A stretch of 64,000 nucleotides of DNA from Cetorhinus maximus. Its lineage: Eukaryota. The translations under genes and the position numbers were made by a program. Within the stretch, counting starts at the first letter, position 1, and each line of letters begins with the position of its first letter. Shown in pieces: positions 62,776 through 64,000 of the stretch. The stretch lies in contig NC_135879.1 in the NCBI RefSeq assembly GCF_964194155.1, positions 96,224,001-96,288,000 of the forward strand. Reading direction: 5' to 3'. Under the pieces are notes generated by a model. It was not told the origin of the DNA. It made no database searches and was given only the letters and a program-made list of their open reading frames with translations.

Positions 62776-62920
62776 GGATTGATTTTGACTTTGTGTAAAG
62801 ATGGGTGATAGCAAATCAGCAGCCCATTTACATCTCTCCTGATAATCAGGAGAGATGTAAAGCAGACTGCTGATGGCTATCAGCCATTTTACACAATCAC
62901 ACAAAATCAAAACCTATCCC
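62776..62920. mobile_element. Small palindromic MITE
   Basis: ggatttgattttgactttgtgt / acacaaaatcaaaacctatccc; TSD tca. Confidence 0.7.
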
Positions 62921-63091
62921 TCACTCAAGGTCAATGGTTTTCAAACAGGGGTCTGCAGATTTTTGGGAAATCCCAGGCAGTCCCAGCAATAACCAACCCA
63001 CATCCTGTCACCCAACAAACAGATTGTATGTTTTTAAATATTGGTAATACAGTGGGTTTACAATAATTTGGTATGATAATATCTTTTCCAG

Positions 63092-63273
63092 CACTATGCA
63101 ATGTTGAGGAGGGAAAACAATTGGGAAGAAAAACCGATGCATTTGCACATTTTCAGTCAGTAAATAAACTCTGCAGGAAGATTTGTTATCTTGATACCAC
63201 AATGCCTGAGGAGAATAAACTGGAATGCTTTTTCTCCGAGTGTAATATGACAGGGCAGTATTCACGGGAAAGA
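63092..63273 (+). other. Candidate host exon (182 nt, open frame), product unknown
   Basis: Acceptor ttttccag, donor gtaagt, stop-free frame; not recognisably TE-derived. Confidence 0.25.
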
Positions 63274-63403
63274 GTAAGTACATGCAATTTGTGAAGTTGT
63301 GCTGTAGTTTAGTATAAAGCTCTTATATGAAATACATTAGTACATTGAGATGACTAGAGTAAAGCTGATGCCATTTGGGGATCAGAATAATTTGGTGGCA
63401 TCA

Positions 63404-64000
63404 TAGAATCACAGTGCAGAAGAGGCCCTTCGGCCCATCGAGTCTGCACATGAGAAACACCTGACCTACCTACCTAATCCCATTTACCAGCACTTGGCCC
63501 ATAGCCTTGAATGTTATGACGTGCCAAGTGCTCATCCAGGTACTTTTTAAAGGATGTGAGGCAATCTGCCTCCACCACCCTCCCAGGTAGTGCATTCCAG
63601 ACTGTCTGGGTAAAAAAGTTTTTCCTCACATCCCCGCTAAACCTCCTGCCCCTCACCTTGAACTTGTGTCCCCTTGTGACTGACCCTTCAACTAAGGGGA
63701 ATAGCTGCTCCCTATCCACCGTGTCCATGCCCCTCATAATCTTGTACATTTTCTTTTTGAATGCCCCCACTGCTCCTCTGTAGATTTCCCCACAAGTAAC
63801 TGTTCTCAGTCTACCTTGGCCAGATCCTGCCATATTTTACTAAAATCCACTCTCCCCCAATCCAAAACAGTTTTTTGCAACTTGTCGATTTCTTTGTCCA
63901 TAACAAACTTAAACTGTACCATGTTGTGGTCGCTATCACTAAAATGCTCGCCCACCACCACCTCAGCCACCCGTCTGGCTTCATTCCCCAGAATTAGGTC
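63404..64000 (-). mobile_element. CR1 LINE: endonuclease end joined directly to the 3' end (RT missing)
   Basis: DLILGNE...SDH...LDW at 63780-64000, abutting YKIMRG...TRGH...WNALP and the 3' UTR at 63404-63747. Confidence 0.85.

Overview
Eukaryotic, repeat-dominated non-genic or intronic DNA, most likely from a cartilaginous fish (shark). That assignment is inferred from the repeat set: abundant CR1 LINEs, Deu-domain SINEs resembling SacSINE1, Neptune- and Poseidon-type Penelope-like elements, and PIF/Harbinger transposons. No intact host gene, rRNA, tRNA or CRISPR array is evident. Most of the window is nested, decayed transposable elements: several CR1 copies, a second CR1/L2-group LINE family and its partner SINE, an L2 tail, two Gypsy LTR retrotransposons, solo LTRs, Penelope-like elements, one TIR-bounded Harbinger plus several remnants (transposase and a spliced Myb/SANT gene), and about a dozen Harbinger-type MITEs. 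The most notable features are six minimal hammerhead-ribozyme motifs, some with non-canonical cores, in the Penelope tails; tail-out inverted Penelope insertions with target-site duplications (TSDs); a dimeric tRNA-head element with GAAA-tetraloop hairpins; and one candidate host exon and one candidate enhancer near the right end. I see no convincing evidence of a wholly new biological system. All family names come from motif recognition by eye, not database searches.
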